Assembly: GCF_964355755.1 (NCBI RefSeq)
Contig: NC_092671.1
Location: 3,906,001-3,970,000 of the forward strand
DNA: 64,000 nt
Origin: Antedon mediterranea
Lineage: Eukaryota > Animalia > Echinodermata
Reading direction: 5' to 3'
The notes beneath the pieces are model-generated. The model worked only from the letters and a program-made list of their open reading frames with translations, searched no databases and was not told where the DNA came from. Made by a program: the position numbers and the translations under genes. Positions 12,201 through 23,800 of the stretch are shown in pieces (positions within the stretch are counted from its first letter, which is position 1; each line of letters begins with the position of its first letter).

Positions 12201-14435
12201 CAGCACATCCATGTAATATTAATATTTTTCTGTTGTACATTAGCCAGTAAATATGTTTATTTTTCAAAGTATAAATTTATAAATGCTTACCGTGTCCAGT
12301 CTAAGACATCTGCGAATGGCATTACATATGTATCTATTACAACAACTGGTATACAACCTGCTTTCAATGCGTCACTTAGGGCCGGTTGGCCTAGACGTGC
12401 CCGACGCAATATTATACAAAATGTAGCATCCTGATAAAAAATAAAAATGACAAAGTGAGCCGCTGTGTCATATCTCGCAGTACTGACCAAGTCCAATTTT
12501 TACCCAAAAAAATGTTATCCTATTATTATATTATTCTGAAAACCAAATAATTCTGGAAAAATCCAAGGTGTATTTCATTAAAAACTCTTAAAATATAATT
12601 TCTGGAAAAACCCAAACTATATTTCTGGAAAAACCCAAAAAACATTTTTGTGAAAAAACCAAAGGTAAATTTAGGGAAAAACCCAAGGTATATTTGTGGA
12701 AACACCCAAAAAAATCCATATATTAATATTCAAATTTTAAACACAAACCTGTAAAACATGTGGGTAGCGAAACTGATCATTGCCTTTGCACATTTTCGAG
12801 GTGTCCGTCTCATCTTCGTTGCCCGATTCACATCGGTCCAGAATCAGTATATCTGAATGACTGTTTGCTAGATCATCAAGTTCGTCCCGGAAGTCGGGAT
12901 GTATTCCAATTTGTGCAGATATTGCCAAATATTTTCTATCAGCCCTATAGAATAATTTAACAATCAATAATTATTAGAAAAGTACTGTAAAGTAGTATGT
13001 CTTTATATAGAAATGCACTGGAAAAACGACAAAGTGAGCCGCTGTGTGAGAAATGACTTTCAAAAATTGAATAGGACCTATGGTGCAATGACCTATGGTG
13101 CAATTACCTAGGTAGTATTTAATTCAGTATATTTCACAATGCAACATTAGACAAATACATTCTATCAGATGTTATAAATAACAAGTGCATTTTTTTAAAA
13201 AGATAATCACTATAACTGTGCAATTTACCTCTAATAGAGAAAAGGGCCTGTAAACATAACTATACTCACTTTATATCCACTTCAGGAAGTAGGATTAAAC
13301 TAACTTCTGGATTGAAGACGGGAATGCTAACATCAAACCCAGAACGGTAAGTCCACGTAGAGAAGCCGCCACCAGCAACGATAGCCTTACCACGAGGAAC
13401 ATCCAATGACGTGTTGAAATCTGGTACAGTTCCAGGCAAGATATTAAATAGCAGATGATTCAAACCATGATTCCACCTATAATATGAAAAAAATATGTTA
13501 AGCTCTGTTTACACTAAAAAATGTGTGATGTGCATAAATATGGTAGTGATATGCCTAAATATGGTAGTGATATGACATCATCATGTGCATATGTGCACAT
13601 CACATTTTTTGTCAAATAAAGTTTGATAGTGTAAACAGTGCCTTAGATGAGCGCATTTATATTTGACTTTGACAGGGCCCAAACAAATATAATGTACATA
13701 CAATAGTACCCAAGGAGCATTTGGATAATATATTATTATGATGATTGTACAAGAAATAAACATAAAAGTACTTGTGTACATCTCTCTATAATTTTTACTG
13801 TATGCTTTAATAGCAAAGCCGACCGACAATCGGACAATAATTAAATTAAGAAGACATTTATAAAGGTGTCCCCTTAATAGGGGTTCTGCTGTATATAAGA
13901 ATTTATATGCTTGTATACAGTATGTACACTACCTAGGTAACTGCGCCAATACTTGACCGTTCTCATGGGTCCTAAGTGTGTTCTGGCTTAGCATGTCAAT
14001 AGACGGTATAAACAGACATGCTCTCTCCGGTTCAGCAGTGTAAAACGAACTTGAAGCAATTGTGGTTAACACCTCATGAAACTCCTTCGATAAAGTGTTT
14101 GTTATTATAATTCCATTCTCATCTATATATTTCTTAACTGGATATATATAAACACTAATCATATTTGCATCTTTCCCACAGTGATAAACATCTAGGCATT
14201 CATAGTGGCTACATGTTATGTCCCCTTTGTGTGCTGGTTGGCTTGTTGATAAAATCTTGACCTCTGGTACGGAATTCAAATCCGGAATGGTGAAAAGGTT
14301 TCTCCGTTCTCTTTCGGTCTCTTGCGTGTGTGGCCAAAATTGAAAGAATCCTGTTACTATAACGCCGAATAGAATAACTGTAAATAATACTATGTAAAAG
14401 TTTTGGTATTTTGAGCGAAGTCTCATCGTAATCAT
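9259..14435 (-). CDS. EXT2: Exostosin-2 heparan sulfate copolymerase; exons 14435-13933, 13476-13270, 12944-12749, 12430-12291, 11824-11602, 11066-10883, 10540-10374, 10234-10091, 9609-9259
   Basis: N-terminal TM ([23 protein letters not shown]); GT47 motifs ([33 protein letters not shown]); GT64 motifs ([39 protein letters not shown]). All junctions are GT-AG and in phase. Confidence 0.96.
9636..10033 (-). mobile_element. tRNA-derived SINE in the last EXT2 intron, interrupted by a small palindromic MITE remnant (about 9915-9986)
   Basis: A-box GTGGCCGAGCGG at about 10030, B-box GGTTCGAAGC at about 9900, core ...GTGCACTTTAAAGAACC, and an (AAAT)n-like tail near 9640. Confidence 0.7.
11308..11545. 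repeat. Degenerate minisatellite, about 47-bp unit, about 5 copies, in an EXT2 intron
   Basis: Recurring CCA(T/C)CAATCAGCATGGAGAGAGCC(C/T)TGTGAGT...GGGGCTG. Confidence 0.7.
12533..12715. repeat. Degenerate tandem repeat, about 22-25-bp unit
   Basis: Recurring TTCTGGAAAAACCCAA variants. Confidence 0.7.
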
Positions 14436-15188
14436 TATGGCAGCGCTTATGACAAGAAATCTGTAATTAAACAAAACATTTAAAGAAAATTTATATTTTT
14501 AAAAATTAATTCGATGAACCCATTTTGGCCACTAAATTGGATCCAAGAAGGCGGATAATGTTGAAACTTCATTTAACATTCCCAGAGTACAATTACTTTA
14601 ATACTGTACCCCATCATGTGTATAATTTTAGATGTGTGCTGTAAGCAAAATTTGTATAACGAACAAACGTACAAACTCTATATATTTATATACAGTAGAT
14701 GCGGACGGTGTAACAAAAATCAACCACTTCAACTTCATTAATCAACTATCATAATAAAATTTAAAGTACTAATACAATTTCATTATCCACTAAACTTGAT
14801 TTACTGTTTTACTGTATGTGTAAACACTCTGTAGTTACAAACCTCATAACCACTAACGTAACCAAATTTAAGCAACAATTTTTGTTATACTGTATTATTG
14901 ATTAAAGTTTGTTTTTAAATGGTTGAAAGTAGTAGTACTAATAGGCCCTAGTTACTTTCAACCATTTAAAAAAATAAACAATGACATTAGTTTTATTTAT
15001 TCAATTGACTCACAAATTTATAAAATCGCGACAGAGAGTGACAGAATAATATTGTGGCCGGTCATTATCATGCATGAAATGGACTATTGTGGTCATTCAT
15101 GCATGACATTTATTTACTGGAATTTTCCGGATTTTTGGGGGGTTTTCCATCTAATATAAGCTAGAAAATGTTATTGACTTTTGTAAAT

Positions 15189-15272
15189 GTCACGGTGGCC
15201 GAGTGGTTAAGGCGTTGGGCTTAAAATTCAATGGGTATTACACCCGCGCAGGTTCGAGTCCTGTCCGTGACG
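15189..15272 (+). tRNA. tRNA with a tRNA-Ser body and a TAA (Leu) anticodon (variant tRNA or pseudogene)
   Basis: Acceptor stem GTCACGG/CCGTGAC, G73 discriminator, anticodon arm TTGGG-CT-TAA-AA-TTCAA (anticodon 15222-15224), long variable arm GGGT/ACCC, intact A/B boxes, downstream T-run. Confidence 0.8.
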
Positions 15273-15700
15273 TACTTTTTTATAACTTTTGTTATCATTT
15301 CCAAGATAACATAGAGGCCTAGCTAGGCCTACCTAGCCTAGCCTAGGCTATCTATGTCAATTTATTTATTAATAAAAGTCCAAACATCAATCAAAATAAT
15401 AATAGCAAAAACATGTACTACTATTTTTATTAAATTATAATACTTCTGTTTAGTAAATCAGTAGTAGTAGTATCTTTATTTCATTCAAACGACTGCTAGT
15501 ACTACTACTACAAACTACAGAGTACTAGGCTAGTAAGTAGTAGAGCCGCTTAGAAGTAGTACTAAACTACCTAGGCCTAGCCTAGATAGAGGCTAGCTAG
15601 AGACTAGAGTAGGCCTACAGGCCTTTGTTACAACCACACCTAAACCTTCCTAAACACAAACAAAAAAGGTTTAATTTACATTAATTTTGAAACTACTAAC

Positions 15701-15881
15701 CTTGTAAAGTGAAAGTAATAAAGCTTAAGTGATATTATTTAATAATAGATGCATTTTTCGATACATTTTGAACATGATTTTTGCTCTGTTGTCTCTTTTT
15801 GTCGTGGTTCCTACTTCCGGCAGGGCGGCGGCGCTGTTACGTTTTTTGTGTGTTTAATGTCTGACGTTGAGGGGGTGATAA
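15701..15881 (-). promoter_or_regulatory. Putative EXT2 non-coding first exon and promoter
   Basis: Minus-strand donor AAG|GTTAGT at 15700; ETS-like CCGGAAGT at 15812-15820; GC box and TGACGT motif. The first coding exon has an acceptor at 14461, so an upstream exon is needed. Confidence 0.5.
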
Positions 15882-15931
15882 TTATCAATATTAATTTTAA
15901 TTTATTCAAAAACCGCTTTCAAAACATAGCA

Positions 15932-16282
15932 TAGTGGCCAAATCTGGCATCTAGCATTTATGCTAGGCATAATTTTAGAAAATCTGGCATAATCTGGCAT
16001 AATTTTAAAAACGCATTTTTACAGCGAATTAGCATATTATCTGGCATATTTTCGAAAAAATCTGGCATAATTTTGTAAAAATCTGCCATAATTTGGCCAA
16101 AACATGTTAACTTTTTTTTTGTTGCTTTCTAACCTTTGTAGTACATAAAACATAACCATACACCGCCCTTCTAATACATTGATTTTGTGCTATTTTGGCC
16201 TTAATTGTGTCTGGCATAATCTGGCATAATTTTGTGCTGCCATCTATCATAATTTATTTCGATCGCTGGCGCGGCCACACTG
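15932..16282. repeat. MITE-like element with internal ATCTGGCATAATTTT repeats
   Basis: About 10 ATCTGGCATAA variants; ends AGTGGCC / GGCCACACTG are inverted-like. Confidence 0.55.
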
Positions 16283-16767
16283 AAACAGAGGCACAATGTC
16301 ATAGTATTGGTACACATCCTCAATAATAAAACATGCTCAACTACAAAAATACAAAAATATGTAAATACATAGTAAAAATTAAACTCAATTAATCACAACA
16401 GATAACATAATTTATAGATAATATTATTATTTTATCGATAAAATGTTAAGTAAAACACATTCGAATGTGTTTAGTATAGATTATGAAGATTACACTTATG
16501 TTCTATAATTATCTTAAAACTGATAGCTTTAAAATAATCCGTTGCTACAATTTCCACTTATGATGATCGTGTTTTGTGTCTTCAGAATTTCTGACGTTGA
16601 GGGGGTGATAACACAAAAACAATCATTTATTATTTATTTATGAATAATGAAAGTAAAGTTTATGTATTTATCGTTTAAAAAATTAAATTCACTGATAAAA
16701 TTAACTGAATTGATAATAATAAAATGTTCGATTATTTTCAAAATGATATTTACAAAAAAAAAAAGAG

Positions 16768-16849
16768 CGTCACGGACAGGATTCGAACCTGTGCGGGGAG
16801 ACCCCATTGGATTTCGAGTCCAACGCCTTAACCACTCGGCCACCGTGAC
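16768..16849 (-). tRNA. tRNA-Ser(CGA)
   Basis: GTCACGGTGGCCGAGTGGTTAAGGCGTTGGACTCGAAATCCAATGGGGTCTCCCCGCACAGGTTCGAATCCTGTCCGTGACG: fully paired cloverleaf, G73, poly-T terminator. Confidence 0.96.
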
Positions 16850-17115
16850 ATGCGCATAAATTCTTCGCTAGATTGTATTTAGACGCTGTACAGTATTTAC
16901 AAACAAATCTTAAAGGGTAGTTCCGTTTTCAAATTTATCAATACAACATTTTTCTAAAATCAACATGGAATTATCATCAAAGTTGTATAAGCACGAACAT
17001 CATGTAATAAGCTTCTTTTTTTGCAGTGCTACACAGTCTAGGGACTTTTTATAAGGCCTATGAGAAAAACTATTCAGTAGTAAAAACTCGCACATTTGAC
17101 TCACTTAAATTTGAG

Positions 17116-19645
17116 GGTTCTAGGACACCTACCCCCTAGACAGTTACCCCCCGGATGTTTACCACCCGGACAACTACCCCCTTAGGACAACTACCCCCCG
17201 GACAACTACCCCCCGGACAACTACCCCCTTAGGACAACTACCCCCTTAGGATAACAACCCCCCGGACAACTACCCCCCGAACAACCACCCCCCCCTAGGA
17301 CAACTACCCCCTTAGGACAACTACCCCCCCGGATAACTACCCCCAGTCAACAACCCCCAAGTCAACTACCCCCCCCCCCCCCCCAACTACCACCCCCCCC
17401 CCCCTCCCCACCAATCCACAAGTTGACAAATATATAGGACCGGTTTCTGTAAAAATGAAATCATCTGTTTTTAACGGGTGTTTCGAAACTAGAGACCCGA
17501 GACCAGAGACCTGAGACGAGACCCAATACGAAAAGGGAGACCTATATTTTGGTCTCCCTTTTCGTATATTAGGGTCTCCCTTTTCGTATAGTGTGGTCTC
17601 TCTTTTCGTATAGTGGGGTCTCCCTTTTCTTATAGTAGGTCTCCCTTTTCGTATATTTGGGTCTCCCATTTTGTATATTTGGGTCTCCCTTTTCGTATAT
17701 TTGGGTCTCCCTTTTCGTATATTTAGGTCTCCCTTTTCGTATATTAGGGTCTCCCTTTTCGTATAGTGGGGTCTCCCTTTTCGTAAAGTGGGGTCTCCCT
17801 TTTCGTACGTGGGTCTCCCTTTTCGTATATTTAGGTCTCCCTTTTCGGATTGGGTCTCGGGTCTCTGGTCTCTGGTCTCGGGTCTCTAGTTTCGAAACAC
17901 CCGTTTTTAACCGATTATTCTGTTTAACAGCACGCTAGACCCTAGATGTGCTAGATTTAAAGTACCGTATTTATTGAAAAAACGGTCTGGGCTGTTTATT
18001 GTTTAGTTGGTTTTTAGGTGGACATTTATTGGAAGAAAGTTGTTTATTCAATGGGAGGGGGTATAATCTAATGGAAATAGACGCCGATTATTCCATATGA
18101 TGTTTCATGGAAGTGACATGGTCACCGTTTATTTGAGGGGAATTTATTTAAAGATCGCCGTTTATTCGGTGAGTGAACATTGAGGTCAAATATCAAAAGT
18201 GATATTATTCTTCAAGTGTACAAAAATACATATATGACAAATTTGAGACAAAAATTCATTCTTTTAAGACCAGTGGTTATCGAAGCATTGTCCTGACGCA
18301 AAAATTATTATTATTATTAGCGAACCCAGTCTTTACAGTAAATACAGGGAGTACTATATAATACGTTCGACTATCCTATGATCATGTGTGACAATCTTCA
18401 GTTTATAACAGGTATTTATGTTCAATCTTTTACTTTTGTTTACAATAATGAATAGTAATTCGTCAAAGTAACGAATTAAAATATAGTTATTAATTCCTAT
18501 TATACACTGTTGCAGAGTCAGGTTGTTGAATGGTCTGGGTGGTAGTTGTCCGTCCGGGTGGTAGTTGTTCTAAAGAGATAGTTGTCTGGGTGGTAGTGGT
18601 CCAGGGGTTAGTTGTCCGTCCGGGGGGTAGTTGTTCTAAAGGGATAGTTGTCTGGGTGGTAGTGGTCCAGGGGTTAGTTGTCCGTCCGGGGGGTAGTTGT
18701 TCTAAAGGGATAGTTGTCTGGGTGGTAGTGGTCCAGGGGTTAGTTGTCCGTCCGGGGGGTAGTTGTTCTAAAGGGATAGTTGTCTGGGTGGTAGTTGTCC
18801 GTCCGGGGGGTAGTTGTTCTAAAGGGATAGTTGTCTGGGTGGTAGTGGTCCAGGGGTTAGTTGTCCGTCCGGGGGGTAGTTGTTCTAAAGGGATAGTTGT
18901 CTGGGTGGTAGTGGTCCAGGGGTTAGTTGTCCGTCCGGGGGGTAGTTGTTCTAAAGGGATAGTTGTCTGGGTGGTAGTGGTCCAGGGGTTAGTTGTCCGT
19001 CCGGGGGGTAGTTGTTCTAAAGGGATAGTTGTCTGGGTGGTAGTTGTCCAGGGGTTAGTTGTCCTACGGAGGTAGTTGTCCTAAAAGATTATTTGCCCTC
19101 GGAGTATTGTCCAGGTCCAGGAGGTAGTTGTCCTACGGGGAGTATTGTGTCAGAGGTAGTTGTCCGCGGGGTAATTACCCGGGGGGGGGGTAATTGTCAG
19201 GGGGTAGTTGTTCCTAAGGGGTAATTGTCCGGGGGTAGTTGTCCAGGGGTTAGTTGTCCTACGGAGGTAGTTGTCCTAAAAGATTATTTTCCCTCGGAGT
19301 ATTGTCCAGGAAGTAGTTGTCCTACGGGGAGTATTGTGTCAGAGGTAGTTGTCCGCGGGGTAATTACCCGGGGGAGGGGGGTAATTGTCCGGGGGGTAAT
19401 TGTTCCTAGGGCGTAATTGTCAGGGGGTAGTTGTCCAGGGGGTAGTTGTCCAGGGGGTAGTTGTCCTAAGGGGGTTGTTGTCCTAAGGGGATAGTTGTCC
19501 GGGGGGTAGTTGTCCGGGGGGTATTTGTCCGAGGGGTAGCTGTCCTAAAGGGGTAGTTGTCCTAAGGGGGTAGTGGTCCAGGTGGTGGTTGTCCGGGGGT
19601 AGTTTTCCGGGGGGTAAATGTCCAGGGGGTGAATATCCGGATACG
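17116..19645. mobile_element. Non-autonomous foldback/Mutator-like DNA transposon with inverted minisatellite arms
   Basis: Left arm (GGACAACTACCCCC)n about 17122-17410; right arm (GGGGGTAGTTGTCC)n about 18530-19640; 9-bp TSD AAATTTGAG at 17107-17115 and 19646-19654. Confidence 0.85.
17476..17902. mobile_element. 427-bp Mutator-type MITE nested in the foldback element
   Basis: TIR GGGTGTTTCGAAACTAGAGACCCGAGACC; exact 9-bp TSD GTTTTTAAC (17467-17475, 17903-17911); internal about 21-bp GGGTCTCCCTTTTCGTATA array. Confidence 0.9.
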
Positions 19646-20855
19646 AAATTTGAGGCATCTTTAAAGGAAAGGTATTAATTATAAATCGAAATAACAATTG
19701 TACATAGGTATTTCGCACTTAATACTGGAGAACCATTTGGGTTTATAATCATCAATTGTTGGAAAGGTTTATATTCGATAATAAACAATAGAAATATCAT
19801 ACACCAGGGGCAAGTTTGAGTCAGCACAAGAATATATAACACAAGTGAGCGTGTTTTTTTAATTCAATTTTATTATTATAAAAGAATAATATGACCTTAT
19901 ATAAAGAAAATCAAACAGACTATAGGATTTCATGGATTCTATCATAGTAGGCCCTGATTTATAATATGCTGTACACTAATTATACCAATTAGGCTATACT
20001 TAATTCAAAACGGTCTGGAATATAAACTATTTTAATATATAAAAATCGGCGACACGGATTCTTGTGAGACGGGGGACACTTTGTGTTTTAAGATTGGCTT
20101 GCTGATAATTAGTTAAATTCTACCGTATAAGTGACTCTATCAGGAGCATTAATTTATTCATTCATTCACATTTTTTATTAATCGTTTTTGTAGCTAATTT
20201 ATTGATGGCAAGTTTGTAATTCTGTTTTCGCAAGATTCTTTTACATAAAAGCATAAACATGGGTATGGTGGGATAACGAAATTTGGCAGTGCATGACCTT
20301 TAAAGTATGAGTGGGATGAGTACTCATCCGACGAAAAAATGTTAAACTATTCCCAATGTAAGAACTGTAAGGTGGTGACGTGATATGATCCTTTCCGTAT
20401 TGTATTAAAGATTGTCCTTCTGAAAAAAAAAAATTAGTTAATTTTGTGTTGAATATGTCATTTTAATGTCAGATTATAGTTAATCACTATGATCAAAAAT
20501 TAGATTTTTTTTAAATATGTAAAAAAAGAAAAAATAATAATAATAAAAGAAAATAAATTGTAATTTAAATTTACAAAAATAGTCAAATTGGCTGACAGTG
20601 GTTTTTCGATTGAATTTAACCGCTATTTTTTCCCCTTTCGAATTGATTAAAACTACAAAATTGCCTTTTTATCCAATGTCTAATTTTACTAATCTTTTAG
20701 TGTTTCAGGTTTTTCGGGCACAATACATTTTTAAATGGATCACACAATCACGTTGTCGTTTCACAATATGATTCCTGGTTGCATAAAAAATAATACGTTA
20801 TTCGTTCAGATCATCCATACAAAATTCACACCCACCGAATATTCGATCCGATATT

Positions 20856-23800
20856 TCATGTTTGCGTGTAAATTTCATGTGGATTATAGTCTCGTATAAA
20901 TCTCGTATTATCAATATAACCGCTATCGTTATTTTGTTCTGGCACTGTTCCAAAAAGTTCCGCTTTTGAATAATGTTCTAATGAATTTAAACTTGAGTGG
21001 GATGATATCTTCCCAGAATTCATAGCTTCCCAGTCGATTAGCAATGGTCTTTCTTCAAATAAGTCAGTTTCTTTCTGATTATCTGACGACAAAGGAAAGT
21101 CTATTTTTGAATAGGGACATGTATCCGATTCTACTAAACTGCTGCTTCGTAAGTTACTACTACTTGGTCTTGGTTGGCAGTAGACAACAGCGCCTGACCT
21201 CGATTGATCGTTGTCATCAGGTCTAGATTGGTAGTCAACATCATCGTCATCAGGTGTCGGTTGGCAGTCAACATCATCAACACCATCTAGTCTCGGCTTG
21301 TAGTCGACACAATTGCCTGCTTTTGTCGGCGATAGTTCATTGTAAGAGGTATGATACGGGTTTGCCTTCTTTAGTTGGTCAAATTTTTCCGGTTCCTTAG
21401 TGTTATTTCTGCACGGTTGTGTTTCTTTGCCAAACAGTTTAGACTAGACAAAATTGAAAACAGGATTTAAATGTAAAACTCTCTTCTTCTTTCGTAAAAA
21501 AGTGAAAATTAAATGCCGAACATAATAGTATTTGTATTGTTCATTTATTTAAATTATTTCTTTTCCAAAAAACATCCGATTACCTTACCTTATTTATCCA
21601 GTTGTCTGTTAGTACAAATTTATTTTTAAAATGTTTCGATCGACAATACCGGCCAAGAATGAAAACTAACGCCATAAAGAAGAAGAAGATGAAGATTACT
21701 AGTAGCGCTATGTAGGTGCTTTTGATCTGTTGGTCGTTGATGTTGGTCAACGTTGTGCCTAAATAATACAAAAGGATTAGTACTGGAATGATAAGTTGAG
21801 TGTGTAAATTGTAATGGGCCGTGATACAAACTATATGCCTGTTGTTCAATAAGGCGCGTCTCTTTTAATTCTCTATCCAGTCTGCGCCAAGTGTTGCCTA
21901 AACACACCATCAAAATAATGTGTAATAAAATGTGTGACGTAAAATTGGTGCTTGATTTCGATACAGGCTTGTTATGCATGAAATTGAACAACTTTAAGAA
22001 TATCATAGCCTAGATATCCGATACTCATTGCTGTATCTTCACATTCTACAATATTGCCTAGTATTATAGGATTTGATAATACAGCATCGTGTATCACATG
22101 TGGTGCCTGTATCATGAGGTTAGGGTATTTGACTACAGTGGAGATACATGCACATGTGAAACACATGTGATACTACCAACATATTTCTATGATACTGGGC
22201 AAATCTAGATACAGTACCGATAATCGGGTGGGAATATTATATATAACAGTGGAATAACCATAAAATAAAATAGCAAATACTCGATAAACTTACAATCTTC
22301 ACAGGGTTCTATACTTCCAGTGTCAGAAATACTGCCGACAGAATTCCACGTTTCTAACAAGACTATGTATTCTGAGCACGTTAAATTCTTCAAGATGACG
22401 TAATTCAAGGAAGCGTTCACCGTCTGATTGACGAAATCTAGAGGTTGAGTATCCGTGAGTGCATATTTAATTTCGTAACGTGTGATTTCTCCATTTTGAT
22501 CCTGAGGAGGTTCCTATGTAAATGTATTAATAAAACAATTTATTATTACTATGTATATTTTTTATAGAAAACCGGTATGTTTTTTCTTCCAAAACCTCAG
22601 CCCTTTTTTTCTGCCATTATTAGGCCTACATTTTTACATTAGATATTTGCTTAATTTGTATCTTTTTTGAGGTCTATCAAACACATGTTGCCAACAGCAT
22701 TGCTTTTACTTTCGTGTAAACAATAGAAAACCTTTGTTTGCAAACTCGAACACATTATGAAGTTTGCTATGGTATCAGTTGAGAAACTTCTGCGACTGCA
22801 GAAAACTTCAAGAATTGAACTTAGTCTGCACTGAAAAACTTATGTTTGCAAACTCAAAGTTTGTCAATAAAAGTTTCCAATGTTTCCTAGGTGTTGGCAA
22901 ACTGCGGAAAGTAAGTTGGTAGAAGTCTACACTAGCAAACTTTAGTTTAGTTGTACCTGCCAATCAACTCTGACGTCATGTGACATACACCCATTCCTTT
23001 TTGTGGAGATAATATTTGCTGGTTTGTCTGGAGCTGATGAAAGAAAAAAACACGAAATTACTATAGAAAACAGAAACATTGTTTATTGGTGGTATACCAG
23101 ATTAGTTTCTATCATGCGAAAATGACGCGTTAAGAGATATTTTCGCCTACAATAGGTTTTGTATTGCTTAGTAGCTCAAGTAGGCCTTATGTGGTGACGG
23201 GGATTAGATGGTGTGAGTGGGGTGGGAGGATGAGTAGTGATTGTTGTAGTGGTTGCCGCTGAGTAAAAATGACATTTGCAATGCAATACGAACCTTTACT
23301 AAGTGTCCATACTTCAAACGTACACACATCACTCTCGGTACCAACACCTCCATACTTCGAAATTATACTGATATTGAACATACTATTAGCCGTAAGACCA
23401 GAGAATGACTGGGGTTTAGGCAACTTCTCAAATTCTCCGTAGACAACTGGTTCAATCTTAATTAAACAAAACACAGAATAGAGCCCATATGATTTTAAGT
23501 AACAAGATATGAAAAATATCGTATTATATCAATGTGATGAACACACGTCACGAAATCATCATCAGGGCTGTATAATTTAGTAGCCGAAAAATAAGTTGCA
23601 GTGGAAATAAAGAATTTTCTAAAATATCTTTGTGTAGTGTTGAGTTCAATATCAGATCTATCAGCTTAGACCATGTGATTATGGTACTAAAAATAAACTA
23701 CATAAGCTCTGTCTACACTATCAAACTGTATGTTACAAAAACTGTGCTACCACTACCATATTTGGGCATATTACTACCGTATTTGGGCACATCGCACTTG

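Noticed and set aside
16634-16859. ORF MAEWLRRWTRNPMGSPRTGSNP and its antisense ORF
   Set aside because: Translation of the tRNA-Ser gene.
17337-17938. Repetitive ORFs and a CRISPR-like appearance of the 21-bp array
   Set aside because: Contiguous tandem repeats without unique spacers, inside a MITE, in eukaryotic DNA with no cas genes.
18530-19075. 181-aa ORF with a 22-aa Val-rich repeat
   Set aside because: Translation of the 66-bp TE subterminal array; not a gene.
21760-22290. ORF fragments in the receptor intron before the TM exon (possible soluble-isoform exon near 22132-21972)
   Set aside because: No recognisable domain, and the flanking exons already join in phase; cannot be supported without RNA data.
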